From contig OZ245046.1 of NCBI GenBank assembly GCA_965224245.1, forward strand, positions 5,088,001 to 5,152,000: a stretch of 64,000 nt of DNA, given 5' to 3'. Each line of letters starts with the position of its first letter. The stretch's first letter is position 1. Position numbers and translations under genes: made by a program. Shown piece after piece: positions 1 through 10,576 of the stretch. The DNA is from Candidatus Eiseniibacteriota bacterium. GTDB taxonomy: Bacteria > Eisenbacteria > RBG-16-71-46 > CAZAMP01. The notes beneath the pieces were generated by a model. That model did not search any database. It was not told the origin of the DNA and was given only the letters and a program-made list of their open reading frames with translations.

Positions 1-2
1 AG

Positions 3-1382
3 CTGCGGCTCGTCGACGCGAACCTGGTCGACGAGATCTGGGAGGACCGCCCCCCGATCCCCGACGAGCCGGTGCAGCTTCACGGGCGTCGCTGGGCCGG
101 CGAGACCACCCGGAAGAAGCTGACCCGACTCCGGAAAGCGATGCGCGAGCGCGGGGTCGATGCGCTCGTGATCTCCGCGCTCGATCAGCTCGCCTGGGCA
201 TTCAACGTGCGGGGCGCCGACGTCGCGTACAACCCGCTCGCGATCGGATACGGCCTGATCACCGCCGAGGGCGCCGAGCTGTTCGTCGCTCCGGGCAAGG
301 TCGGCCCGGTGGTCGCGAAGAAGCTGTCGGGGGTGACGGTTCGGGGGTACGGCGAGATCGCCGAGGCCTGCCGGGCCCTGGGCGCCGCCAACGCGCGCGT
401 CTGGATCGATCCCGCGTGCACGAACATGTGGCTCGTGGGTCATCTCGACGGCGCCGACCTGGTCGAGCTGCCCTCGCCGATCACCGCGATGAAGGCGGTC
501 AAGAACGACGTCGAGCTTGCCGGCATGCAGGCGTCGCAGGTGCGCGACGGCGTGGCCATGGTTCGCTTCCTCCGGTGGCTCGAGCGCGAGGTGCCCAGGG
601 GCGGCGTCACCGAGATCTCGGCGGCCGACAAGCTCACGTCGCTGCGGGCGAAGGGCGAGCACTTCCGGGGACCGAGCTTCCGGACGATCTCGGGGTACGG
701 TCCGAACGGCGCGATCATCCACTACACGGTCACGCCGGCGACCAACCTTCCGCTGGAGCCGAGGGGGCTGTACCTCGTGGACTCCGGCGGGCAGTACCTC
801 GACGGCACGACGGACATCACGCGCACGGTGCTCCTGGGCAAGAAGGCGACGAAGGCCCAGAAGGACCAGTTCACACGGGTCCTGCAGGGGCACATCGCGC
901 TGGCGCGTGCGGTGTTTCCCGAGAGCGTGCGCGGCGTGCGGCTGGATCTCCTGGCCCGACGCCCCCTGTGGGACGCCGGTCTCGACTACAACCACGGCAC
1001 CGGCCACGGCGTCGGCTCGTACCTCGGCGTTCACGAGGGTCCGCAGTCGATCGGAACCCGCGAGACCGACGCGGCGTTGGAGCCGGGGAACGTGCTCACC
1101 AACGAGCCGGGCTACTACGTCGAGGGCGAGTACGGCATCCGCATCGAGAACCTGATCGCCGTCCGACCCGACGAGACACGCTCGCACGACGGGACTCGCT
1201 TCCTCGCGTTCGAGACGCTCACGCTGTGCCCGATCGACCGGCGGCTGATCGACGTCCGGCTCCTGAGCGGCGAGGAACGCAAGTGGCTCAACCGGTATCA
1301 CAAGCGCGTCAAGCGCGAGCTGTCGCCGCATCTCGGAAGGGACGATCGCGCGTGGCTCTCGAAGGCGTGCGCCACGATCTGA
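3..1382 (+). CDS. pepP: Xaa-Pro aminopeptidase (M24B), 5' truncated by window edge
   Basis: Frame is open from base 3 (NLVDEIWEDRP). Metal-site motifs DSGGQYLDGTTDITRT, HGTGHGVG.YLGVHEGP, NEPGYY and GIRIEN. Confidence 0.93.
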   Translation: MRLVDANLVDEIWEDRPPIPDEPVQLHGRRWAGETTRKKLTRLRKAMRERGVDALVISALDQLAWAFNVRGADVAYNPLAIGYGLITAEGAELFVAPGKVGPVVAKKLSGVTVRGYGEIAEACRALGAANARVWIDPACTNMWLVGHLDGADLVELPSPITAMKAVKNDVELAGMQASQVRDGVAMVRFLRWLEREVPRGGVTEISAADKLTSLRAKGEHFRGPSFRTISGYGPNGAIIHYTVTPATNLPLEPRGLYLVDSGGQYLDGTTDITRTVLLGKKATKAQKDQFTRVLQGHIALARAVFPESVRGVRLDLLARRPLWDAGLDYNHGTGHGVGSYLGVHEGPQSIGTRETDAALEPGNVLTNEPGYYVEGEYGIRIENLIAVRPDETRSHDGTRFLAFETLTLCPIDRRLIDVRLLSGEERKWLNRYHKRVKRELSPHLGRDDRAWLSKACATI

Positions 1383-1417
1383 TGCGCGGTGGAAGGGCGC
1401 GGGCCGCCGGGACACGG

Positions 1418-2494
1418 ATGACGCGGACGCTGAGCGCCGCGCCGATCGCGGTCGTTCTGATGTGGTCGGCGGGGGTCGCTCCCGCTCCCGCCGACGCCGG
1501 CATGCCGGCGGTCATCCAGAAGTACCGCTTCGAGACGATGACGATGGGCACGTACGCGTCGGTGACCATCGTCGCGCCGGACTCCGCGTGGGCCGCGGAT
1601 GCCGCCCACGAGGCGCACGCCGCGCTGTGGGCGGTCGATTCGCTGATGAGCAACTGGACCGACACGAGCGAGATCGCGCGAATCAACCGCGAGCTCGGCC
1701 CGTCGGCCATCCCGGTCGAGCCCGAGGTGGGTGACGTGATCGCGCTCGCCCTCGACGTCTGGCAGGCCTCGCAGGGCGCGTTCGACGTGACCGTCGAGCC
1801 GCTCGTTCGCGCATGGGGATTCCTGGGGGGACGGCCCGCGGTTCCGAGTCCGGGCGATCTCCGAGGGGCCCTGGCGCTCGTCGGGTCCCAGCACGTCGAT
1901 TTCGATCGGGTCGGCCGCACGATCGCGACCGACCTGCCCGGCGTCTCGATCGACCTCGGCGGCATCGCCAAGGGGCACGGCGTCGACCGCGCCGCCGGGC
2001 GGCTGGTCGCGCGCGGCGTCCACGACGCGCTCGTCGACGTCTCGGGCAACATGATGGCTCTCGGTCATCCCATGGGACGGGACGCGTGGGTCATCGGCGT
2101 TCGCGATCCGCGCGGCGAGGTCGACTACATCGCGAGGCTCTCCATCCGCGACCGCGCGATCGCGACGTCGGGCGCCTACGAGCAGTTCGTGGTGGCCGAC
2201 GGCCGGACGTACGGCCACATCCTCGACCCCCGGACGGGCTGGCCGGCCGACGGCCTCACGTCGACCACCGTCCTGGCGCCGACCGCGGCCGAGGCGGACG
2301 CCTGGAGCACGGCGTTCTTCGTGCTCGGGCTCGACGGCGCGCGCGAGGTGCTCTCGGAGAACCCCGAACTGACGGTCGTGCTCGTCGCGGAGGACGACGA
2401 CGGACGCGAGCACGTCTGGATCTCGCCGTCGCTGGCGGACGCGTTCGAGCCGGAGCCGTCGCTGACCGGCCGGTTCGAGGTGAGCACGCTGTGA
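1418..2494 (+). CDS. apbE: FAD:protein FMN transferase (ApbE family), signal peptide
   Basis: Motifs TMGT, GAFDVTVEPL, IDLGGIAKG, ATSGAYE, HILDPRTGWP, ADAWSTA. Start could be 1382. Confidence 0.93.
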   Translation: MTRTLSAAPIAVVLMWSAGVAPAPADAGMPAVIQKYRFETMTMGTYASVTIVAPDSAWAADAAHEAHAALWAVDSLMSNWTDTSEIARINRELGPSAIPVEPEVGDVIALALDVWQASQGAFDVTVEPLVRAWGFLGGRPAVPSPGDLRGALALVGSQHVDFDRVGRTIATDLPGVSIDLGGIAKGHGVDRAAGRLVARGVHDALVDVSGNMMALGHPMGRDAWVIGVRDPRGEVDYIARLSIRDRAIATSGAYEQFVVADGRTYGHILDPRTGWPADGLTSTTVLAPTAAEADAWSTAFFVLGLDGAREVLSENPELTVVLVAEDDDGREHVWISPSLADAFEPEPSLTGRFEVSTL

Positions 2495-3675
2495 GGGCCC
2501 CGTTCTGGCTCGCGCTCGCCGTCGCATACGCTCCGGCCCGCGCCGACGTCCCCGTGGAGACGACGGTCGTCACGCTGGAGGAGCGATGGCGCATCGGCGG
2601 CGAGAGCGAGGATCCCGACGAGCTCTTCGGCGTCCTGAACCAGATCGCCGTCGACGCGGCCGGCAACGTGTACCTGCTGGACGCCCAGCTCACGGTGGTT
2701 CACGTGTTCGACGCCGACGGTGCGTTCCTGCGCCGCATCGGACGCGAGGGCGAGGGGCCGGGTGAGTTCCGGCGCCCCGCCGATCTCCTGCTGCTCGACG
2801 ACGGCACCGTGGGCGTGGTCCAGCGCGCGCCGGGCAAGATCGTCCTGATGTCGCCGGACGGCGCGCCGGCGGGCGAGGTGGTGCCGTCGATCGGCGACTC
2901 CGACACGTTCGTGATGCTCTCGTCGGCCAGCGCCGGCGCCGACGGGACGATACTCGCGACCGTAGGCCAGCGACGGTTCCGCTCCGGTCGCCGGTCGGGC
3001 TCCACGTCGCTGGTGCGTCTCTCTCGCGACGGCGAGGCTCTCCACACGTTCGCGTCCATGGAGCAGACGGGCGACCTCCTCGAGATCCGCGAGCGCGACG
3101 GTGGGATGTTCGGCGGTCTCGTCTGGGCCGCGGCGCCCGGTGGTCGGGTGTTCGTGTCGCCGCGGTTCGACGCGTACGAGATCGACGTCCATGCCCCCGA
3201 CGGGGCCGCGATCGGCACGTGGTCGGCGCCGTACACCTCGCGCGTACGGTCGGACGACGAGCGGGTGCGGATGAAGCGACGTTTCGCGCGCCCGCCGCGC
3301 GGTCGGCGCGGTCAGGGGCCGCCACCGGTCGTCATCAGCGAGACCGACCGGGACGTGCAGCACCTGTATCCGCGTGCGGGTGGATCACTGTGGGTCGTGT
3401 CGAGCAGCGGCGCGTTCGACGCCCCCGAAGGCGCGATCGCGACGTTCGACGAGTTCGACGCGACGGGCGCGGTCACCAGGCGCATCACGCTGCTGGGCGA
3501 AGGAGACTTCCACCTGGACGGCGTGTACGTGGAAGGCGATCGCGTCTTCGTGGTCACCGGGCTGTGGGACGCCGTTCTCGCCAGCAGAGGGCTCGCGGCC
3601 GGCGAGAGCGAGACCGACGACGAGAGTGCCGAGCCGGTCTCGGTCATCTGCTACTCGATGCCGCTCGAAGGCTGA
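2491..3675 (+). CDS. Exported 6-bladed beta-propeller / NHL-type protein
   Basis: GTG overlaps the apbE stop; short signal peptide; IAVDAAGNVYLLD and IGREGEGPGEFRRP motifs. Confidence 0.8.
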   Translation: MRAPFWLALAVAYAPARADVPVETTVVTLEERWRIGGESEDPDELFGVLNQIAVDAAGNVYLLDAQLTVVHVFDADGAFLRRIGREGEGPGEFRRPADLLLLDDGTVGVVQRAPGKIVLMSPDGAPAGEVVPSIGDSDTFVMLSSASAGADGTILATVGQRRFRSGRRSGSTSLVRLSRDGEALHTFASMEQTGDLLEIRERDGGMFGGLVWAAAPGGRVFVSPRFDAYEIDVHAPDGAAIGTWSAPYTSRVRSDDERVRMKRRFARPPRGRRGQGPPPVVISETDRDVQHLYPRAGGSLWVVSSSGAFDAPEGAIATFDEFDATGAVTRRITLLGEGDFHLDGVYVEGDRVFVVTGLWDAVLASRGLAAGESETDDESAEPVSVICYSMPLEG

Positions 3676-3691
3676 CCGCCGGGCGACACGC

Positions 3692-3719
3692 CGGGGCCGC
3701 CCCTCGTGGAGCGGCCCCG
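3692..3719. terminator. GC-rich hairpin between convergent genes
   Basis: 9-bp inverted repeat CGGGGCCGC...GCGGCCCCG; no U-tract. Confidence 0.4.
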
Positions 3720-3729
3720 TGCCACGACG

Positions 3730-6700
3730 TCAGTCGATGACGACCGTCGATCGCGTGGCGACGAACCCGTCGGCACGCATGCGAACGAAGTAGACGCCGG
3801 CGGCGACGGCGTGTCCGTCGGTGGTCCGGCGATCCCACGAGACCCGATGCCGGCCCTCCTCGACCCGACGCTCGATCAGCGTCTTCACCAGACGGCCCGC
3901 CACGTCGTATACGCGCATGTCGACCCTCGCTCCGCCGGCCGGGACGTCGAACGGAATGGACGTCGTGCGCCGGAACGGGTTGGGCAGTGCTCTGTGGAGG
4001 CGATATGCGGCGGGTGCGGCTTGGGACGGAGGTGTCGGCAGTATCTCCTCGTCGCACGCGTCGCCGGTCCCGTCTCCGTCGGTGTCGGCCTGATCGGGGT
4101 TGTAGACCAGGGGGCAGTTGTCGCACGCGTCCCCGATCCCGTCGGGGCTCGCACCGCCCTCGTCGATCGCGATCGCGTCGAGACGCACCTCGGTCGTCCT
4201 CACGCCGGAGCCGTCCTCGGCATAGTCGCTGCTTGCCCGGAACGTGACCGTCCAGGCGCCGGGTCGAGGCATCCCGTACTTCGCGGTGTACGCGGCGCCG
4301 AAGTCCCAGGTCCAGTCGAGCGAGTCGCCGGGGCTGACCAGGTGCTCCACGTCGCCGCCGAGCCCGCCCGTCGTGCTGAAGCGGTACGCCACCGCGTTCG
4401 AGCCGAAGGCATCCCGCGCGACGACATCGAAGAACGAGTGACCGGTGCCGCCGGTCCCCTGGATCTGATCGAAGCGGAGAAGCGCCCCGACCCGGCTGGC
4501 CATCGAGTCCGCGTCCGCGGTGATGGCCGCCCGGACGTTCCACGGAGAGCACGAGTCGTCGGATCGTGCGTAGAGACGCGCGCTCAGCGAGCCCATGAGC
4601 GCGTCGCCGACGAGGCTCGACGACCAGTCACCCGGGCACACGGACCCGGACTGGGCTCCATCCGTCGAGTACGCGAAGCTCCAGCCGTCGAACGTTCCGT
4701 CCTCGAAGTCCTCCACGACGAAGACGCCGTCGGAGTCGTCCTGATCGGGATTGAACGTCGTCGGGCAGTTGTCGTCGTGATCGTAGATCCCGTCACCGTC
4801 CGCGTCCGCGGCGAACGTGACCATGAGCGTGTCCCGGCTCGTCAGCCCGCCCGAGTCCGTGACGCGGACCACGACCGGGTAGCTCAGGGTCGAGTCCGCG
4901 TAGAGATGCGAGGCCCGGATCGAGCCGCTGCCGAACGGAGGGTCGTGCTCCTCCAGCACGTCGGCCGAGGTGACGGTTCCGTCGCCGAAGTCCACGTCGG
5001 CCGTGTGGACGTCGAGCCAGTCCGCGTCGACGAAGCCGGCATTCACGTGAAGAGAGTCGCCGAACACGATGACGCGATCGACTCCGGCGCTGACGATCGG
5101 AGCACTGGAACCGACCGTGACCGCGACCTGGTCGGCGGCGGTGCCGCCGGCGTCGTCGGCTTCCACGCGAACGAGATGCTCGCCGGGGACACCGCTCCCC
5201 GGCCACACGTATGGTAGCGACGTGCTCTCGACGACACCGTCGACGAGGACACGAACCGCCGTGACCGGAGGCTCCAGGTTGTCCACGATCACGGCATCGA
5301 CGGTCAGCGGCAGGCCGACCCCGATCGTGGTCTCCGAGAAGGGCTGGGTGATCGACACCACGAAATCGCCCTCTCGAACGTAGCCCGAGCTCTCGGTGTC
5401 GTAGTTGTCCGCGCTCCCACTCTCGTACACCGCCAGGGCGGGATCGGTCAGCTCGGCGTCGAAGGCCGTCTGCGCGTCTCCGTTCACGATCGAGTGCTCG
5501 AGCACGTCGATGTCGGAGGGTGTCCAGCCGTACGCGGTCAGGAACGCGATCGTCTCGTCCGGGAGCCCGTTCTCGGCGACGCCCTCCTGCATCTCCTGGA
5601 GATCCTCCAGCGAGAGCGCCACGCCCGCCGCATCGTACTCGGCCTGGAGCGCCGCCCGGAGCGGAGCGAGCGACTCGAGCGCGTCGCCGTTCCACGACGC
5701 GAAGTCGAGCATCCGCTGAGCCTGCAGCTCGATCCAGGGCGCATCGTCCGCCTCGATCGCACCGAGGAGCTTGCGCACGGTCGCCTGGTAGGCCTGCATG
5801 CCGGCCACGAGGTCCCGCTGGCCCATGAAGAGATCGACCGCCGCACGGCTCATCGAGTCCGACCAGGTGGGCAGATCGACCGGAGGGAAGTCCAGCTCGA
5901 CGAGCACCATGTAGTCCGGATCCGGATCCGGCGGATCGTTGGCCTCGATGCAGGCCTCGTCCGCGAGCTCGAACAGCGCTGCCGCGAGCGCGGCCTCGGT
6001 ACCGGCGAGGATGCAGCACGGCACGCAGGTCCCGAACGACGCCGCGCACGCCACCGCGTTGGCGGCCGCCAGGCCGACATGCGTCCAGGCCAGCCAGTAG
6101 TCCGAGAACGACACCCAGAACCACCCGATCTTTGCGGTCGGAACCTGCACCTCGACCGCGAGCGGGCCGGTGTCGACGGCCCAGGGACCGCCGAGAGGAC
6201 CGTCGTCGAAGAAATCACCGACCACCTGGTAGTCGAACGTCCTGGCGATGTCGCCGATGACGCCGTTGCAGTTCCCGCCCGTCCAGTCCCAGTTCTGGCT
6301 CAACGGAGGAAACGTGAGCTGCGCGGTGGTGCCCGGCGCGATCGGCAGCCCAGCCGGCGTGAACGGGTTCGTGACGCCACAGCACGCCGCGCCGTCCTCG
6401 GTCACGGTAAGCTCGGCGTCGTCGAACGCGAACCAGTTGGAGTCCGGGTTCGACATCTCCAGCGTGAGAAGGTAGTCGACGTCCCAGATCGGGAACACGG
6501 GGTTCACGTCGAGATCGACGATCGGCGGCGAGCCGACACCGAGGAGCTGCGTGCACGTCGCGGAGTTGCCGGCGGCGTCCAGGACGCTCCAGGTGACGAG
6601 TCGACGACCCGGTCCGGTCCACGTTCCGGAGAAGTCGTTCGTCGGCGAGCCGACGCCGGGGCAGTTGTCGGACACCGACGCCGAGCCGATGGACGTGATC

Positions 6701-9147
6701 GGATCCCCCATCGTGAAGACGGGGGGCGGACAGGTGATCTCCGGCGGTACGTCGTCGACGACCGTGATCGACTGGACGCACGTACTCTCGTTCCCTGCCT
6801 CGTCTCGGGCCGTCCAGGTGACGGTCCACTCACCGGACTCGAAGGTGTGGGGGAGCGACACGTCGGCGAAGACCAGGATGTCGTCCCGGGCCGAGCAGTT
6901 GTCGACGGCGAGCACGTCGTCGGGGTTCTGGTCGAAGTCGTAGCCGCAGCCACCTCCGAGGTCGGAGAGCGCGACCACGACGTCGTCCGGACACGAGAGG
7001 ATCGGCGGGACCACGTCGGGGATCTCGCAGTCGACGAGGTGCGCGACGAACGCGTCGCCGAAGCTTCCGCCGTAGGTGGTGTCGTAGGCGCCGGCAGTCG
7101 CGCCGAAGTCGCTCGAGCTGGTCGATCCGGTCACGTAGGTACCACCCGCCGAGCGCGAGATCCCCGATCCCGAGTCCGTGCTCGAGCCGCCCAGGAAGTC
7201 CGAGCCGACGAGCGCGGTTCCGTCAGGGCTGACCCGCACGACGAACACGTCCTGATCCGATCCGGAGCGGCCGGACGCGAAGCCGTCGGTGGACGACGTG
7301 ATGCCGACCACGTAGACGTCGGTGCCGTCGGCGACCAGGTTCTCGCCGAGATCCAGAGACGAGCCCCCGAGGTAGGTGCAGTAGACCAGCGAACCGAGAT
7401 CGGCGTCGAGCCCACTCACGTAGGCGTCGGCCGTGCCGCCACCGTACGCCGACTGGTACGCGCCACTCGTGGTCGGGAGGTTGCCGGACGTGGTGCGCCC
7501 CGTGATGGACGGGCGCCCGCTCGGGTCCAGTCCGAGGCCCAAGGCTCGATCGTCACCGGATCCGCCGAAGAACGTGGAGTACGCGACGTCACCGGGTTGG
7601 CCGCCCGAGGGCGCGGCGGCGTGAAGCACGGTCACGAACGCGTCGTTGCCTCCGAAGTTGAACGAGGTGTCGTACGCGCCGGCCGTGGTGGGGAAGTCCG
7701 AGGAGGACGTCATCCCCGCGACCACCGGATCGCCGTCGCCATCCAGCGCGATGCCCAGACCATGATCCCTGGCCGAGCCGCCGAGGAACCGTGAGAACAG
7801 CAGAGACGATCCCGAGGTATCGAGCCGCGTGACGAACGCGCTGTGGTCGCCGGTCAGCGATCCGCCTTCACTGCGCCCCACCGGCTCGACCGGGAAGTTC
7901 GAGGACCACGTACGCCCGGTGACGTAGACCGTGCCCTGGTGGACGGCGATCTCGTTCACGATGTCCTGCTCGCTGCCGCCCAGGTACGTCGAGTACACCA
8001 GCGACGACCCGTCTTGCGACAGGCGCGCCACGTAGGCGTCCTGGTTCCCGTTGTGGGAGGTGTCGTACGCCGGAGATCCGGCCGTGGGGAAGTCGGTGGA
8101 CTCGGTGTATCCGGCGGCCCACACGTTCCCGGCCCCGTCGATTGCGATGCCGTATCCCTGGTCTCGTCCGCTGCCGCCGAGGAACGTGGACCACACGAGA
8201 TCGGTGCCGGACGCATTGAGCTTGGTGACGAACGCATCGTAGTCGCCGGCCCGAGAGCTCTGATAGACACCGGAGGTCGTCGGGAAGTCGGACGACAGGG
8301 TGGCCCCCGTCACGTACGCCTGACCGCTCGAGTCGCTGGTGATGGCGTTGGCGGCGTCGATGTCCCCGCCGCCGAGAAAGGTGGCGTACAGGAGGGGGTC
8401 GATGACGAGCGGCCGTTCCCTCGTCCAGCCGTTCACCTCGAAGCCCGCGGTGTGTGCCGACATCAACGTGAACCTACACGCGACGACGCGCTCGCCCTCG
8501 AAGGCCACCGGAGCCGAGTCCCGGAGCTCGATGCCGTCCACGTCGATCACGAGGTCTCGATCCTCGAGTCGAAGCCCGTCGACGCCCCTGTAGCGGACGG
8601 CGATGTCGGTCGGATCGGCGTGCGGCGAGACGTGGAACTCGGACTTGGGGCCTTCGGGCGTGGCGGTGATCACCAGATCGATACCGTCGTACAGGTCTCG
8701 GTATCGAAGCGCGCCATAGCTGGGCACACCTCGGATCCATGCCGACGGATCGTTTCCCTTGATGAAGTGACTGACGTGTTCGCGCTCGAGCCGACCCGAT
8801 GGCGTCGACCGCCTCGCACCGTCGAACGTGACGGTGATGACGCGCGCCGCCGCCGCCGCCGGTGTGGTGGCCGGACCGTCGCCGCCGCCGGGTGTGTGGG
8901 GGGCGAGTCGGATGTGGAACGCCGACGTCGTGAAGGCGATCGCCATTCGCGGTGACTCGAACGTGTACCGAACGGTTGCGTCGGCGACCTGTCCGTCGTT
9001 TCGCGTGATGAGACCGGGTGCCGACGCATCGGACGACCTGACAGATACCGCAGCGATGAAGAGCGAGATGAGGAGCAGCGGCGTCCAAGACGCGAGCGGT
9101 CGGCTCGTATGCCGGCGCCACCGCGCCGGCTGGACGTTCGTGCTCAA
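3730..9147 (-). CDS. Giant secreted mosaic protein: SBBP beta-propeller repeats, HYR-like Ig, helical domain, PKD, TSP3 repeats, FlgD-Ig CTD
   Basis: Repeated GxTxSSDFPTT/DAFVTKL/STxLGGS units; PPEITCP HYR-like motifs; VDFGDG PKD; DNCP..NPDQ.D.DGDG; PNPF...GVYFVR. Likely TTG start at 9147 with GGAGGA upstream (ORF track gives 9252). Confidence 0.88.
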   Translation of the reverse strand: MSTNVQPARWRRHTSRPLASWTPLLLISLFIAAVSVRSSDASAPGLITRNDGQVADATVRYTFESPRMAIAFTTSAFHIRLAPHTPGGGDGPATTPAAAAARVITVTFDGARRSTPSGRLEREHVSHFIKGNDPSAWIRGVPSYGALRYRDLYDGIDLVITATPEGPKSEFHVSPHADPTDIAVRYRGVDGLRLEDRDLVIDVDGIELRDSAPVAFEGERVVACRFTLMSAHTAGFEVNGWTRERPLVIDPLLYATFLGGGDIDAANAITSDSSGQAYVTGATLSSDFPTTSGVYQSSRAGDYDAFVTKLNASGTDLVWSTFLGGSGRDQGYGIAIDGAGNVWAAGYTESTDFPTAGSPAYDTSHNGNQDAYVARLSQDGSSLVYSTYLGGSEQDIVNEIAVHQGTVYVTGRTWSSNFPVEPVGRSEGGSLTGDHSAFVTRLDTSGSSLLFSRFLGGSARDHGLGIALDGDGDPVVAGMTSSSDFPTTAGAYDTSFNFGGNDAFVTVLHAAAPSGGQPGDVAYSTFFGGSGDDRALGLGLDPSGRPSITGRTTSGNLPTTSGAYQSAYGGGTADAYVSGLDADLGSLVYCTYLGGSSLDLGENLVADGTDVYVVGITSSTDGFASGRSGSDQDVFVVRVSPDGTALVGSDFLGGSSTDSGSGISRSAGGTYVTGSTSSSDFGATAGAYDTTYGGSFGDAFVAHLVDCEIPDVVPPILSCPDDVVVALSDLGGGCGYDFDQNPDDVLAVDNCSARDDILVFADVSLPHTFESGEWTVTWTARDEAGNESTCVQSITVVDDVPPEITCPPPVFTMGDPITSIGSASVSDNCPGVGSPTNDFSGTWTGPGRRLVTWSVLDAAGNSATCTQLLGVGSPPIVDLDVNPVFPIWDVDYLLTLEMSNPDSNWFAFDDAELTVTEDGAACCGVTNPFTPAGLPIAPGTTAQLTFPPLSQNWDWTGGNCNGVIGDIARTFDYQVVGDFFDDGPLGGPWAVDTGPLAVEVQVPTAKIGWFWVSFSDYWLAWTHVGLAAANAVACAASFGTCVPCCILAGTEAALAAALFELADEACIEANDPPDPDPDYMVLVELDFPPVDLPTWSDSMSRAAVDLFMGQRDLVAGMQAYQATVRKLLGAIEADDAPWIELQAQRMLDFASWNGDALESLAPLRAALQAEYDAAGVALSLEDLQEMQEGVAENGLPDETIAFLTAYGWTPSDIDVLEHSIVNGDAQTAFDAELTDPALAVYESGSADNYDTESSGYVREGDFVVSITQPFSETTIGVGLPLTVDAVIVDNLEPPVTAVRVLVDGVVESTSLPYVWPGSGVPGEHLVRVEADDAGGTAADQVAVTVGSSAPIVSAGVDRVIVFGDSLHVNAGFVDADWLDVHTADVDFGDGTVTSADVLEEHDPPFGSGSIRASHLYADSTLSYPVVVRVTDSGGLTSRDTLMVTFAADADGDGIYDHDDNCPTTFNPDQDDSDGVFVVEDFEDGTFDGWSFAYSTDGAQSGSVCPGDWSSSLVGDALMGSLSARLYARSDDSCSPWNVRAAITADADSMASRVGALLRFDQIQGTGGTGHSFFDVVARDAFGSNAVAYRFSTTGGLGGDVEHLVSPGDSLDWTWDFGAAYTAKYGMPRPGAWTVTFRASSDYAEDGSGVRTTEVRLDAIAIDEGGASPDGIGDACDNCPLVYNPDQADTDGDGTGDACDEEILPTPPSQAAPAAYRLHRALPNPFRRTTSIPFDVPAGGARVDMRVYDVAGRLVKTLIERRVEEGRHRVSWDRRTTDGHAVAAGVYFVRMRADGFVATRSTVVID

Positions 9148-9471
9148 GGCCGATGTCCTCCGCGGCGAACGATTCCGACCCCCGGGGCGGGGACGGGCGG
9201 TCGAGGGCGTGGGCGTTCGCCCGACAGCGCGGGACCCGTCCAGTGACCGCAAGAACCGGGCCGAGACCAGGGGGCGTCCGGCGGCCCGTCCGCCCGCGCG
9301 AGCGGGCAGGAGTCACCCGATCGACGGTATCGACGACACGCCCGGACGGAGTTCGACGATTCGAGCCGGGTTGACCGACATAGGGGATTCTCCTTACTGG
9401 CCGAGGTCGGGAACCTCACTAGAATCACTCGCTCGAACACACGCCATACGCACGCACCCAGGAGGTTCACG

Positions 9472-9981
9472 ATGCGTGACCGCATTCTCCTCGCGCTCTC
9501 GGTCATCCTGATCGCCGCGGCCACGCCGGCTCAGGCGGGGGATCGGATCTTCGGTGACGGCATCACGGCGTCCGATACACTCCTCGTCAGCACGCTGCTC
9601 GCCCACCCAGACGACTACGTCGGTCAGCTCGTCCGCGTCGAGGGAATCGCCGTGGACGTCTGCACGCATCGCGGCTGCTGGGTGAACGTCTCGTCCGACG
9701 TCGAGGGCGACGTCGTGCGCGTCAAGGTGAAGGACGGCGAGATCGTGTTTCCCCCCGAGATCCTCGGCAGCACGATCGTCGCCGAAGGGATCTGGACCGC
9801 CAACGAGCTCGACCTCGAGACCACGAAGATGGTCTGCGAGCGCGACGCGAAGGCCGAGGGGAAGAAGTTCGATCCGAGCTCGGTCACCGAATGCATGACG
9901 CTGTACCAGATCACCGGAACCGGCGCCGTCGTTCGCGCGGCTGCGGACGAGGACGACGAGGACACCACGCCGGAATCCTGA
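9472..9981 (+). CDS. DUF4920-like exported protein
   Basis: AGGAGG RBS, signal peptide, and VRVEG..VDVC.HRGCW...VRVKVKDGEIVFP...AEG signature. Confidence 0.78.
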   Translation: MRDRILLALSVILIAAATPAQAGDRIFGDGITASDTLLVSTLLAHPDDYVGQLVRVEGIAVDVCTHRGCWVNVSSDVEGDVVRVKVKDGEIVFPPEILGSTIVAEGIWTANELDLETTKMVCERDAKAEGKKFDPSSVTECMTLYQITGTGAVVRAAADEDDEDTTPES

Positions 9982-9985
9982 TCCC

Positions 9986-10540
9986 ATGCGCACCTTCCGG
10001 AAGGTGTGCCGCTGGCTTCATCGCGAGCTCGGGTACCTGACGGTCGGGCTGACGCTGATCTATGCGATCAGCGGCCTGGCCGTCAATCACGCCCACCACT
10101 GGAACGCGAGCTACCGGCACACCGCGAGCGTGAGCCACATCGCTCCGGTCGGCACCGGGGAGACCCCGGCCGTCACCGCTGCCGTGCTCGAGGCGCTGGA
10201 TCTCGACGAGCCGGTGAAGAACACCTGGCGCGCGGCGCCCGATCGCCTGCAGGTGTTCATCGAGAACGCGAAGCTCCACGTGAACCTGGTGACCGGTGAG
10301 GTCGTGCGTGAGGGCCTCTCCCGACGTCCGGTTCTGTTCGAGCTGAACGCGCTCCATCTCAACACGCCCAAGGGCGCGTGGACCGCGATCGCGGACGTCT
10401 ACGCCGCGATCCTGATCGTGCTGGCGCTGTCCGGGATCTTCCTCGTCCGCGGGCGCCGCGGACCCACGGGACGCGGCGGGGTGCTGATGGTGCTGGGCGT
10501 GCTCCTCCCGATCCTCTATCTCGCCTGGATTCGCCTCTGA
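9986..10540 (+). CDS. PepSY-associated TM helix membrane protein
   Basis: RWLHRELGY, YAISGLAVNH, LNALHLN and ALSGIFL motifs; three hydrophobic segments. Confidence 0.82.
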   Translation: MRTFRKVCRWLHRELGYLTVGLTLIYAISGLAVNHAHHWNASYRHTASVSHIAPVGTGETPAVTAAVLEALDLDEPVKNTWRAAPDRLQVFIENAKLHVNLVTGEVVREGLSRRPVLFELNALHLNTPKGAWTAIADVYAAILIVLALSGIFLVRGRRGPTGRGGVLMVLGVLLPILYLAWIRL

Positions 10541-10576
10541 GCGCGCCGGTTCCGCACGCGCGTCCTCCTCTCGAAG

